A program made the translations under genes and the position numbers. A stretch of 64,000 nucleotides of DNA, taken from positions 4,068,490 through 4,132,489 of the forward strand of contig OZ199840.1 of the NCBI GenBank assembly GCA_964304625.1, read 5' to 3'. Shown here in pieces: positions 24,287 through 36,863 of the stretch. Numbering within the stretch: the first letter of the stretch is position 1; every line of letters begins with the position of its first letter. The notes beneath the pieces are model-generated. The model was not told the DNA's origin and did no database searches. It worked only from the letters and a program-made list of their open reading frames with translations. This DNA is from Kudoa neothunni (taxonomy: Eukaryota > Animalia > Cnidaria).

Positions 24287-27200
24287 AAAATATAACCCAA
24301 AAGCACCATTCGAGAAGCCTTTGATATCGATTATTATAGCTGTTTGCAACCGTAAGTTATTAGGATAACTTTTAATGTGCTTTCCTTTAAACATGTCGTT
24401 TAAATTGATATATATTTAAATAACTTAAGTCTGTATAACGCAGTATCTATTGATTCGGTTTATTTCCGTATATTATGCAACCAATTTAAAAATCGCATTT
24501 TGTAAAGGGTTCACAAAATATGCATTTAGATATATTACGACAGTATTTTTTCTAGTGATATATTAAAATTTTGTCAAAGAACATGTATTTACATGGACTA
24601 ATATTAAAATTCTATTCAAAAAAATAGCATTTCAAAGGCTAGGGCAGGGGTCAGAAACCTATGACTCGCGAGTCAGATATGAGTCTTTTGGTGGCTTCAT
24701 CTGGCTGACAGACAAATGTACTATTATAAAAAAATGTTTCGTTAGACTACTTAGTCTATATGTGAAACGATGACAAGACTAGATTTGAAAATCAGTTCGC
24801 AGTCATTTCATCGAGTAATTGTCCAAAATGTCGTTGTGCCTTTCTACTTATCTATCAATGTCATCGGCAACGCATACGAGGCAGAGGCACCGTCCAAGTG
24901 GGGTTGCCGTATTTTGATCTCAAAAGTAGGACTGATTTGGGCTTATGTAAAAGAGTTCACATAACGTCTTATCGTGAGCTCAGAAAGTAAACTTCCTTTG
25001 TTTCAGCTGCGTTTTTAGTCTACAAATATTAGAGCCCTTTTCTAGGAAAATGGCTAAAAGAAAAAGGGGAAATGATTATCGAGCCTCAGCGGGAATGGAC
25101 AGAGGAATTTGCCTTCGTAGAGAGAGCGAGTCCCGCAGTATGTCTAATATGCACTGATAAAACTTAATCTATGTAAGGATCAAATAGAAAGCGACAGTTC
25201 GATCTACTACATTTGCATCAAAATATCCTGCGGGGATAACAGGAAGAAAGCAGTTCAAGAGCTAATATCAAGAGTGAAAGCTAGTCAGCCGCAACTCCCC
25301 GTTTGGGCCAAACAAGTCGACCGGAATTTGGCTTACTTTGAGGGCGGTTTAGAAATTATGAGAAACAGAAAGCCTTTCACGGATGAGGAGTATGTCAAAA
25401 CATTCATGATTGCGTTTGCCGATGAACTTTTTGGCGATTTCTCGGATAGGGAATAGATAATTAAACGAATAAAAGGCGTCTATGTCGGCAAGAACTAATC
25501 ATGATCGTTCCGTCATGACGTTAAATCAAATCGAGGCCACGCAAGTGAGGGACACAAATGCAACATTATTTTTATCTCTTGTTTTGGATGATTCAATAGA
25601 CGTAAACAGTTTATCCCAGCTCAACGTGGCTGCAAGTTACGTTGTCGGAGAAACACTACATGGGGAAATTCTTGCAGTTTTGCCTACGAATGGGACACCA
25701 AGAGGAAGATATATTCAAGTCCTTCACTGAGTTCGCTAAAGAAAAAAATCTATCGATAGATAAACTTGTTTCGGTGTGTAATGATGGCACTCCATGCATA
25801 GTGAGGAAAAAAGAGAATTCGTAGCTCCTCTTTGTGAATATGAAAAATGGTGCCTTCTAAGTTTTTGATGAATCGTCCATTAGGAGGCTCTTCGTGCTCA
25901 GGTGTGTGCCGAACAGCCTGGTGAGGTGATGTCGTTGGTCATCTATATTGTTGCTCGAGCTTTAAAAGATCGTCAGTTTAAAACACTGTTGGATGAAGTT
26001 GGGAATAATTATCCTCGTCTGTTTCTGCACAGCAACGTGCTTAGGTGGTCAAGGGGTAAGTGCTCAGTCGTTTCGCGGCTCGTGTGGATGAAATCTAAAA
26101 TTTTCTAAGATTTAAAAATGTCGAGCGGCCTGAGTTAGCCGACATTGAGTGACTCCTGAAGTTCTACTATCTCATGGATATTTCTGAATATCTAATCCAG
26201 CTCAGTGTGAAAATGCTAGGCGTTTGAAGTACATTCTTATCTCTGCAACAAGCAATGTTTGTATTTAAAAACATGCTAGAACTAGAAATTCTAAAAAGCG
26301 ATAACGAGAGTGTGAGAATGATGTGGCTCAACATACAAAGTTACTAAAATGTTAAACATGATATTTGTTGCATCCAAAACGGATGGATTAAGACAAAAAT
26401 GAGAAAACCGTGTTCTTTAGAGCTTTAACTAAAAATACCGTATTTCAGTATACTCTCAAACCCAATAACTAACACAATTATTCCGTAATTTTTGTAAATT
26501 TACTTTAAATAAGTTTATAATGCATTGGCTAAATTACACATAATGTTCATCCAATCGGTGATTTTGGGGAGGTCTCGATTCTTTATAATACGATGCAATC
26601 AAACAAAAAAATTTTTACGTTAGAGAATATTGATAAGATTATAGACTTGGATCATGGTTTTTTTCGCAATGACCTTGAATATACAATAAAAACAATGCAA
26701 AATTTGGGTCTTATGAAGAGTTATTCAAAATGTTTTTGTGGCGGTCAAATGTTTCTAGTTAAGAGAAAAGACGTTGATGATGGTTATCAATACAAATGTA
26801 TTTCATGCAACAAAAAAACTTCGATACAACAAGGAACTATTTTTGAAATTTCTCGATTTCCTTTGTGGAAAATTTTTATTTTTATAGTAACGGTAATCCA
26901 ACATCCAACAATGACGTACGGCGATATTCGTAAACACACTAAAATTTCTTCAAACTCCACCATAAATTATTGTAAAAACGTCATTACTGATTTTATGGCA
27001 TCTAAACTAGATGAGGAATTTTCTAAAATAGGCGGGAAGGATGTTGTAGTACAAATAGATGAGACCGCTATATCAAAAAGGAAGTTCAACGTTGGAAGAA
27101 TTCTTCGGAATCAATATTATTGGATGGTGGGAGGAATAGACGAAGACGGAAATTTCTTTTTGAAAATAACGCAAAAAAGAAATAAGGATATTCTAAAAAT

Positions 27201-30200
27201 AATAAGTATTGAGAATGTAGAGGAAGAGTCAACTATTTGGACCGATGGTTGGAAAGGTTACAACAGTTTGAAGGATCTAGGTTTTGTTCACGGTACCGTG
27301 ATCCATAAAAGAAGGTTTGTTTCTATTGAGGCGGTCCATACTAACAAAATAGAAGCTACATGGGGGGCTTTTAAAATAAAATATAGAAACGCCAAAAATA
27401 AAACCCCAGAAACACTTCCTAACATGTTGTTGACTTCATATTTCGAAGAAAATATAGTGGAAAAGAATTGTCGACTTTATTTAAATATATAATGGTTTTT
27501 AAGTAGTAACAATTTATTTTTCCTACATTTTACGAGGTGTTTCATTTTTCCCGATTGGATGCACGGTCAATGTAATTTAGCCCATATATTAATAAAAGTG
27601 TGCCATATCCATGTTCTCAATAAGCATGGCTGACACTTATTCTTAGTAAGACTCTGCGTACCATTGAGAATAGTTATTAAACTTATATTATTATATGGAA
27701 AAACATTAACTTAATCTTTTATCAAAAGTTTTATACAACAAATTTTTTTTATGTATTTTATTTAGGCAGTGGCTATCGCTACGGATCCGTTTAATCCGTA
27801 TGCGGGGGTTGTCTATTGCTACGGGAGGGAATAACTCCAAATCTACAAACTCACATAAAATTTGAAATTTATATTTGTAATCAATGATTTTTGGCCTAAC
27901 ATAATTAACTGTTTTGGAGAAAATTTGAGCTATTGAAAAATATAACATTAATGTAAGGAGTTTTGGATTAAAAAATAGCTTTAGTTCATCTTTTTACCAT
28001 TTAATAAAATTAATATGCAAAATTGTTTGTGTAAAATCGGTTAATAAGGATAATACTCAAATGAAATAAACATTTTTTACTTCTTTTAATATGATCGTGC
28101 GCCAAGAAACGTTTTTAATTTTGTGGCAACTGCTCACCTATTTTAAATGGACGGCATATTTATATAATTTGAAAATTTAAAATAGTTAGGTAATAATTAT
28201 TAGTTTACGAAAAATATTAAGCGCATGAGTTAGAAATATTGTATTAAATTGATTATGATCAATTGTTTTGTTCAAATAAAACATTTTTTAATAAACAGTT
28301 AGTAATTTAAATAGTTAGTATATTATTTTTTCATATGTTTTTATTCTAGAAAAAGAAATGACAGCCTACTTTCTTTAGGTCATCCGATGGTTTTCACTCT
28401 CAGTGGGAATGATAGTCCTAACTAATATTTGGTAACATTTTAATAATTTTATTTCAAGTATCAGTTGTTATTTCGTATTATTTTGGATTAACTTCCTTTG
28501 AAATATTTGTATTACACAAAGTTTACTGGTAAAAAATGGGTATTTTAACCCTTTCGTTCCCAAATTTTTTTTTTACATGAAATCTTTTTGTGTAAAATTA
28601 ATGATAAAATTATATATAATTTAAAATTTATACTTTAAACAAAAATTATTTAACGACAATTTAAAGCTCCTTTTAATCTGTCCACCAAGGTGGACAATGG
28701 GTATTTATTATTTATTTGCCTCGGCATATTCGCGCATTGGTTCCGCGCAAAAAAAGAAAACATAAGAAAATTAAAATTTTAAAATATTTTTACAGCATAT
28801 TATGAAAGTTATAGAAACAATTCCTTTCTTTCTTAAGACAACAAAATGAATGGCATTTCATACATTTAAATTTGGTCTTTTTTGACAAACCCTACATCTT
28901 GAATGTGTTGTCATTATTTCAGGAAAATGTCCAAATATGTCAAGACAGATTTCATCACTCAATGGATTAGACCTCGTTCTTTTTTTATCGACGTTGGCGT
29001 AATTTTTTCCGCTATCAGTTTGATTAAGTGAGGGTCTACCACGTTTTGATTGTGTAGTCATTGCTTGATGGTAGATAAGACTTTCACTAACTTTTAAAGA
29101 AAAATCCAACGAATCCATTACTTCATTCTTATCGGTGCGTCTCACGGAACAATTTCGTTTGTAAAGTAGCCAAGCGTTAACCATGCATGTGTTTAGAGCC
29201 CAAAAAAAGGTTCTAAAATAATACTTTCTGCGCTTATGTTTCATAACATAAAGTGACATGAGCATATCGGATAGGTCAACCCCGCCCATATTTTGGTTAT
29301 ATTCCTTAACCACAGCTGGACAAGAAACTTCCACCATTTTTTTCTTAGACCTATCGAATCTTTTTGACATTGAGACTGGCTCAATCGAGGAATGAGTAGA
29401 TGAAAGAGTGACAACTGATCCATCAAACCATCTTGTTATCGATATTCCATTACCAGAGTCATGAGCAGAATCATACTAGCCACGTCCTTCTTTTTTTAAA
29501 TCTTTGTCACTACTCAACGGACAACCCTTAACTCTGTTAATACGTATCGTACCAACAGAATAGATATTTCTTCGTTTTAAGAAGATTTGGAACGGGATAG
29601 ATGTAAACCAGTTGTCGAAATAAGTGAAATATGGTTTGCTCAGCGGTAGACTTTCGCACAACTTTTGGTGACGGCGGATTTTCGTCCATCGTAAAGATGA
29701 AAATCGTAAACCAAACCATTAACACCACATCTCGCAAACATTTTAAACCCCCATTTCGTTGGTTTATTGGGGACGTATTGCTTGGCCTTATATTTGCCTT
29801 TAAACGGGATAATCTGTTCGTCAATTGAATGGTTTCTTTCGGGCTCAATCTTTAGAAACGATGCTCTAACAAAATCTAACAAAGGTCTAATTTTAGCGAA
29901 TTTGTCGTATTTGGGCGAATTAGGATCCGTGATAATTTTAGAGTTATCCACGAAGTGCAAGTATTTATATATTTGCTCAAAACGGTTCCTTGAGAAAGCC
30001 TCGGAAACAAGGGGATAGTTCATAAGTTTCGACCAATAACATCGATACCTCGGCATTCTTACTATCCCCATAATAATTAAAATCCCCAGATATTTTTTTA
30101 TTTCCATAATATCAGTTTTGAAATTGGAATTTTGTTGAGTAGCGTACAGATTTGATTCATATGCAATATTCGATATCAACTCATCCGTGAAGAAAAATTT

Positions 30201-33200
30201 GAAATACTCAATGGGCAATACGAGGTCTTGCAAGTCGCTAAAAATTGTCTCATTGATTTCTAAATTTTCAGCTGGATTTGGAACGTTCTGTTTCTTTTCC
30301 CACTTAAAATTTAAAATTTGATCATCATCAGAATCACTGGAATCTTGATATGTTTCATCACCCAATTCTGCCACGTAGTTTTGAATGATAGGACAGTCCA
30401 ACTCATCTACCATCACATCTGGTTCTGAATTATCCGCATCTGGAAATACAATTACTTCTGTGATGGTTTTTCCATTTTCTTTCTGACTAAAAACAATATC
30501 GTGATCCATTGGAATATACTATCGGAAGTCCTCGAAGCCCCAATGTCCACTATAATACCCACGTGGAGATTTGTGTGTTTTTTGGTATATTTAAATCACA
30601 AATTAATTAAATTTCATTTATTAAATATTCGCTTCATTTTTTACAATATTTAATTTTTTTCAGTAACATTTTATGATTTATTGATACTTATTTTTCCAAA
30701 TGTTTTAGATTATTTAAGCGTTATAAAAAGGGAGGGTTGTATCACAAATAAAAATGACCATAAAGCATTTATTAATATGCTATCTCATTTAATATATAGA
30801 GTAACAACTTATGTTTAATATATTAATAAATTACCTTTTAATAATTAATGTACATAAATATATAAACGAATTAATTTTTGTCCACTAAAGTGGACAATGG
30901 GAACGAAAGGGTTAAGAGACAATTCCCTTACTTTATGTTCTCAACCGTAACAACGATACATAATTTTTCATACAAAATGCACGCGTAAGTTATGCGAAAT
31001 TCTCAAATAGGATCGTTAGCAGCAGTTAAATACAAGGGTGCACTAATAAGAATACCAATTGTGGAATTTATCTAAAATATTTGATTTTACAATCACCGCG
31101 AGTTCGAAAGTTTATGTATTGCTTTCGTTAACACAAATTTCCAACAGAATTGAAGAATAAGTAGCATTAGGTGATCAACCAAAAATAATCATGTAACAAC
31201 ATTATTGTCTTCTTTTTAGTTTTAACATCACAATTAAAATTGTGAGCTGACATACTGATGGTCGTAAATACATCCATGTTGGTTATTCTTATTGTTTTCA
31301 AATTGTGTAGGGATTTCATTGTGATATTTTTACTTTTTTCATAGCATAACATTTTTTGTATACGATTTTTGGGCTAAATTACAGTATACGTGTCTTAACT
31401 TGGTTAACTTTGTTGAATATTCGGTTTTCGTCGCCAATGTCTGCTTTTAAAACAATGTTCACTTTAGAAAACATTGATCAAATAAAAATGTTATATTATG
31501 GATATTTTCGAGAGGATTTATCTTATACTATTAAATGTTTACAGAGTATTGGTATATTAAATAGTATCCGCGCTTGTTCTTGTGGTGGGGGTATGTACAT
31601 AATTTAAGAAAAGATATTGACGATGTATGCCAATATAAATGCGAAAAATGCTCCAAGCGATGTTCCATAAGAATAGGGTCTATTTTTGAACAATCGAAGA
31701 TTCCAATATGGAAATCATTTCTTCTGATTGTTTGCATAATACTGCATCCCAATATGACGTATAAAACATTATGCAATCATTTGGATATTTCGTCTTATTC
31801 TACAATATATGATTGGAAAACAATGGTAAAAGATCTGATGGCTTCAATATTGGATCAAAAGTTTTCAAAAATTGGCGGGAAAGACATTGTGGTTCAAATC
31901 GATGAAACCACCATAACAAAGTGAAAATATGGTGTGGGGCACATCCTTCGAAGTCAACAATATTGGATGATTGGGGGAATAGACGAAGATGGTAATTGTT
32001 TCCTCAAGATACTTCAAGAAAGAAATCGCATAGTCCTAGAAGAAATCGTATGAAAGAATGTAGAGGAAGGTTCCATTATTTGGACTGATGGTTGGGTGGA
32101 TACAACCGCCTGGAAACATTGGGATTTATCCACGGAACCGTCATTCATAAGCGCCGATTTGTTTCTGATGAATGCGTCCATACGAAGAAAATACCCCGGA
32201 CAAGAAATTAACACCTCTTGTAAATATATAATGAATTTTTAAACAGTGTGAATTTTTTCGCCCGAGGTCAGACATGTACACTGTAATTTGGCCTAGTAAA
32301 GCTTTATTAAAATATTTTAAAATTTTAGATTGAGAATCTTGTATTTTCCGCAATTCCATCATTTTTAATTTTGAGGAAAAAAGATGATCATAACCCTTAA
32401 TATGACTTTTTAATGGGTTATATAAGTTAGCTTTCAATCCAAGAGAGGATTCCATCGTACAAATGACGCTACAATGAAAACTTTGATTCCCACATGGGTT
32501 ACTGTAATCGAGAATACAAAACGTGTTTCCTTCTATTGTACACATTAATTTCAGATAACGCATTACAGTAAAATTTAAGTTTTTTTTTAATTTTTATGTT
32601 ATTAAAACTAATAATTTATCCATATTTGTAACAATAACATTTATGACGATAGAATTATGCCCACCGCTATTTAAATGCAAACAGTAAGCTTTGGTATTGA
32701 TTTTAACCATAAAATAAAACATTACTTTAAACATATTTACTGAATTCACTACATAGAATGCTCTAATCGTTTTCTATGAATAACGGTAATACTTAATATA
32801 CTTTGTAGATATGTAATAATACATATAAATATAATCTATATAACAAATACAATTATTTCATTTTATAAAAAACTAGATAAGCATATTTTAACTGATTACG
32901 TTAGCTGCGCTAGATTAAACAGATTAGGTACAATCAGAGGTAATAGGATAGACATTTTATGCATATAGCACAACGTCTGGTATTTTCTTTTTAATTATAG
33001 AAACCTTTATTAGTTAAAAATTAAAATATCTATTCAACATTACTCATAACAAAACGTAAAACACGAAATTTATAGTCACAATATTAGAAATTTCAAATTT
33101 TATGTGGGTTTGTAGATTTGGAGTTATTCCCTCCCGTAGCAATAGACAACCCCCGCATGCGGATTAGACGGATCCGTAGCAATAGCCAGTGCCTTTTATT

Positions 33201-36200
33201 TATGGAAGTGGCTATTCTTACGAGACCGTGTAATCCCTTCTCGGGACCGTCTATTCTTTCGACAATGAGTATCTTTTTTCCTATGAATTTTTTAGGTTTT
33301 ACAAATTGTAATTTTAATCCAACTAATTCATAAGTTTTGGGCATTATTCCTCCCTTCCGATCGTTTACTAACACCAAAAATCAATTATTTTTCTATTTTT
33401 GACAGTTTAGGCATATTTAAATCGACAGTTTTTTCTAATTGTGATAATGTAACTTTATTTACATACGAACCCATTGGTCCAAGTGTCAATGCTACGGCTT
33501 CGTCAGATTATTGAAAACCTGACTAAATCTAATTTTAAATGCATGTAGACCTACTATGTCATTTAAAAAGTTAATTTTTGTAAATCAAGGATATAAATTT
33601 CTGTGCAGGTTTAAAATTTTTGTCATTTTTCTTAGTATTAACTCTGCCCCTATGAAGTACGAAAAAATGACCCACGTATTGATGGGTTCCAATTTGTACC
33701 CAAGATGAAATTGATTATAAATGTGAAAAAATATTTAGAACGTAACGTGATACAACTCTAAGGAATTTATAAATATGAATTAACAAAATCTTTCCCCCTC
33801 TTGTAACTTTAAATGCAGATATAAGACCAATATAAATTGATCAAGTTGGACCAATGTGGTAAAGTCATAGCACGAATTTCAACACAAACGTTTCCAATAA
33901 AATCATATTTCTTGAAGCTGAGAGTGAATTTTATTATACAGGTAATTCGTATGTAGAAATATTTGTTTTGTTAATATAGTTCAAGTTAAGTTGAAGAATA
34001 TACTGAAGAAAAAACGTAAACCAACATAATATTAGATAATAACAATGTATTTACCTGGGTAATTGTAATCAAATGTATAAATCAAATAATAATTTTTATA
34101 ATGATATACTCATTCAATCCAACATCAAGTCTGTCGGAAGACCCAAGGCAGCAGATTAACCACTATTGGACTTTTGATTAAAAAATTAAAATAATATTTT
34201 AAAAAACCTTTGATAAAAACTTCATGTATTATAAAAATTACCAAATATAGGTTCCTGATTATGTTTTATGATTTATATTTTAACGTTACATAGCATTCAT
34301 TATCAGGTGGTGGCATATAATTTTTTCGGCTAGGTCTATTTTATTTAAAATTTTTAAACAAATCATCAATATGTGCTAAATTATGATGTAAATATCTTAT
34401 AAAATGATAACAGTTCATACAATTGATTCGTATCAGATCATAACGTTGACACATGAACCAATGAGTTCATGTGTAAATAAAGTTACATTATCGTAATTGG
34501 CGTAAATTGTTAAAAACGTAAAAATAACAGGTATATAATCGTGATAATTAGTTTTAAGCAAGGGATAATACCAAAAACTTATGAACTAAGATAACTAAAA
34601 CATTAACTTATAAAAATTAAAAATTTTACAGGAAAAAAATGTAAACATACGTTTATAAATTCAGACTTAAAATACCTAAAGTAGGAGAAAAGATATTCAT
34701 TGTCGTAAGAATAGACGGTCCCGAGAAGAGATTGTATGGTCTCGTAAGAATAGCCAGTGTCTTTATTCATTGAACGTTTAAATAAACTTCTATTTAGATC
34801 ACAACGTCAAAAAATGCGCCAATACATTAGCAAAAATTCACGTGTTTAATAACGTCCCTAGGGGGGAAATATTTGTCAAAGTCTTCTATGGAATATCCTT
34901 TCAACATCAGTAAACTAATGAATATTACAAATTTGAAATAGGAAACTATTTCATGGAACGAAGCCTCAATGGAACACAATGCTGACTCAAAATATCATCA
35001 ATCGCAATGCACCTAATATTTTCTCACATAACGCCATTATTCAGCATTCTAAGCACATAAAACCCTTGAAAACCTTAAATTTCTTTTAAATTTTCATTTT
35101 AAAATTTTATTAATTAACTAACTAACTTTTAATAAATTTATCATTCCTTTAGTGGAATAATTATTTTATCGTCCCAAAAATAGACTCCAATAATTTTGTA
35201 CTAAATATCACAATGTTCCACAAATATTGTTAAATTAAGGATTGACATGACAAAAATACATATAATTATCTCCTTCTTTAATAAATCCCGAATTTGTAAG
35301 ATAAAAATCAAGTTTAAGAATTCGCAACTCATTTGATAAAATTTTTTACAATACAATGAACTAACACTCGTATTGTTTGCTCAACTGAGGCTGCTTTTGT
35401 TGTGATTCTTTACATCCCAAATGATCAATTGTTATTTTTCTACCTGACTTTTAGTATTAAATACAATATGAGGACTATAAACGAAATGATGAAAACTGAT
35501 AAAGCTTTACTAAAAGATTATCTGACTATCAAAAACTTCCCAACAATAGAAATCCAAACCTTTTCCACAAACTCTTTATTAACTTATAGTTTCGCCAACG
35601 TGGATATAGACAAAACAGTATATATTTTAGATTATTAATTTCATTTCATTAAGGTAATTACACCACATATAACATTAATATTCAGAGAAGATATTTTATT
35701 CATTGGATTTGATACTGTAAACTCAAATAAAATCCCCGAGTCACTCATATACACAACTAATTTCGGCTCTCGCCAATATTCAATCTTCGCCAACACCTTT
35801 GTGTGTGCTTCTGTATTAGAAATTAAACTTCAGATTTATTATCAACTAATCAAAGTATAAGATACCGTTACATAATGTTTATAAGCGTATTATCGGTTTC
35901 TTAATTAATATATAGAATTCAAAAGGTACAAAAAACATTAAAAATTATTGCATACCGAAACAAAAAATAGTCAAATTTTACCCTCAATCTGTTAAAAGCA
36001 TGTGCGTCGAAAATTCTGATATGCCTAATCGAGTGACATTTTCCGGATTATTCGACGAGGAAAACTGTATAAAATTAATTAAAAATATAATAACTAAAGG
36101 CAATCTTTATCCGGGTAAACTGACAAAAATAAACTTTGCCGAAATGAATCTACCATTATTGACAGATCCTAAAACTGACCTAGAAGTAAATTTGATGGGA

Positions 36201-36863
36201 ATTTATTTCTAAATTATTAATTGAATATTATCCATCAAGTTATACACTTCTTTGATTAAAAGAGATGACAATAATGATGATATTCATAAAACCTTGGTTA
36301 AACATCAAAAAAAGTTTTGTAAACCAAGATTCTTAAGAAAATATGTATTTTGTTCAATTTTGAAATATTATTTCTTTTTTTTGCTAGGTCAAAACGTCGG
36401 ATTCCCAATGTCTTCAAATAGTGTATTTGAGATATGTATTGAAAGATATTTTAGGTTTCAGCGGAAAAAATATTTATATAAATAACGAGTATGTTAGTTA
36501 ATAATATGATTGAATTTAAAACTACTTATAGTCCTATGCCTGATTTGGTTCCCCAAAGAAAGGTTTTCGCTGATCCAAGAATAATTTACTATACAAGAAA
36601 AACTAGTCTCGTTGAGACTTCGTATTTCGTTAGATTTAACAATAACTTCAACTAATCAGCAACTCTCTAGTAGCCTACCAACCACCATCGTGGTTTCTAC
36701 AACCACTTCTATTGCCCCAATAGAAACCACGACTAGAAAAGCCTTATCAACAAGCAAGAAAGTACGACTTGGAATAGCACTAACACTCGCAATTGTTGCC
36801 TTGGGTGGTGTTACCGTGGCGGTCTACCTGAAAATAAAAAAAAACCCTGAAGAACAAATCTAA
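24287..36863 (+). CDS. Orphan multi-exon single-pass (type I-like) membrane protein; 5' exons probably extend to ~22.9-24.2 kb but the model is unresolved
   Basis: The last exon encodes a Ser/Thr-rich stalk, TM helix LGIALTLAIVALGGVTVAVYL, KIKK and a short tail. A chain of GT-AG-bounded open segments spans 34798-36863. An upstream exon ending at 24351 (GTAAGT donor) joins 34798 in phase: ..ISIIIAVCN-HHNVKKCANTLAKIHVF. Confidence 0.55.
24645..26285 (+). pseudogene. 3'-truncated hAT transposon with decayed GTF2IRD2/EPM2AIP1-like (Buster/SPIN group) transposase
   Basis: Left end CAGGGGTCAGAAACCTATG. Frameshifted CDS from ATG 25050: MAKRK..EWTEEFAFVER..VCLIC (zf-BED), KPFTDEEYVK, SLVLDDSIDV, VCNDGTPCIV, LHSNVLRWSRGK. 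Confidence 0.9.
26527..27582 (+). mobile_element. Merlin (IS1016/ISXO2-like) DNA transposon, 1056 bp
   Basis: 32-bp imperfect TIRs GGCTAAATTACA..CATCCAATCGG. Degenerate 8-bp flanks aatgcatt / catatatt. Confidence 0.92.
26593..27508 (+). CDS. Merlin transposase (Zn ribbon + DDE_Tnp_IS1595); probable 1-nt deletion near 27421 alters the C-terminus
   Basis: CFC..CISC, then VQIDET / IWTDGW / HTNKIEATW. The alternative frame after 27421 reads HVVDFIFRRKYSGKELSTLFKYIMVFK*, matching the tail of the 31372 copy. Confidence 0.9.
28549..30911 (-). mobile_element. Full-length piggyBac (second family), 2363 bp, with pseudogenised PGBD2/3-like transposase (30509 to ~28800)
   Basis: TTAA on both sides. Perfect 14-bp TIR CCCTTTCGTTCCCA. 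TGTCCAC..GTGGACA palindromes near both ends. SIDEQ / YFDNWF / GGVDLSD triad broken by a frameshift (~29650), a stop (29476) and a frameshift in the Cys-rich tail. Confidence 0.95.
31372..32293 (+). mobile_element. Merlin element (second family), pseudogenised and internally deleted, 922 bp
   Basis: TIRs GGC(T/C)AAATTACAGT(A/G)TAC(G/A)TGTCT. Fragments MFTLENIDQI, CSCGGGM, KIGGKDIVVQIDET and IWTDGW carry stops and frameshifts. The catalytic E region is deleted near 32183. Confidence 0.92.
33204..34761. mobile_element. Second long-TIR non-autonomous element with 9-bp TSD, related to 27765-33193, 1558 bp
   Basis: TIRs of at least 70 bp: GGAAGT/GACACT-GGCTATTCTTACGAGACC..TCGGGACCGTCTATTCTT. TSD tttatttat / tttattcat (8/9). 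Confidence 0.9.

Larger units (their letters stand above)
27765..33193. mobile_element. Long-TIR non-autonomous element with 9-bp TSD (Mutator-like or Merlin-related), containing a nested piggyBac and a Merlin
   Basis: ~105-bp TIRs starting GGCA(G/C)TGGCTAT(C/T)GCTACGGATCCGT (27765-~27870 vs ~33087-33193). Perfect TSD TTTTATTTA (27756-64, 33194-202). Confidence 0.92.

Noticed and set aside
27706-33377. Similar short ORFs (ELFPPVAIDNPR) at 27706-27948 and 33118-33333, and ORF 33093-33377
   Set aside because: Translations of the two TIR copies, not genes.
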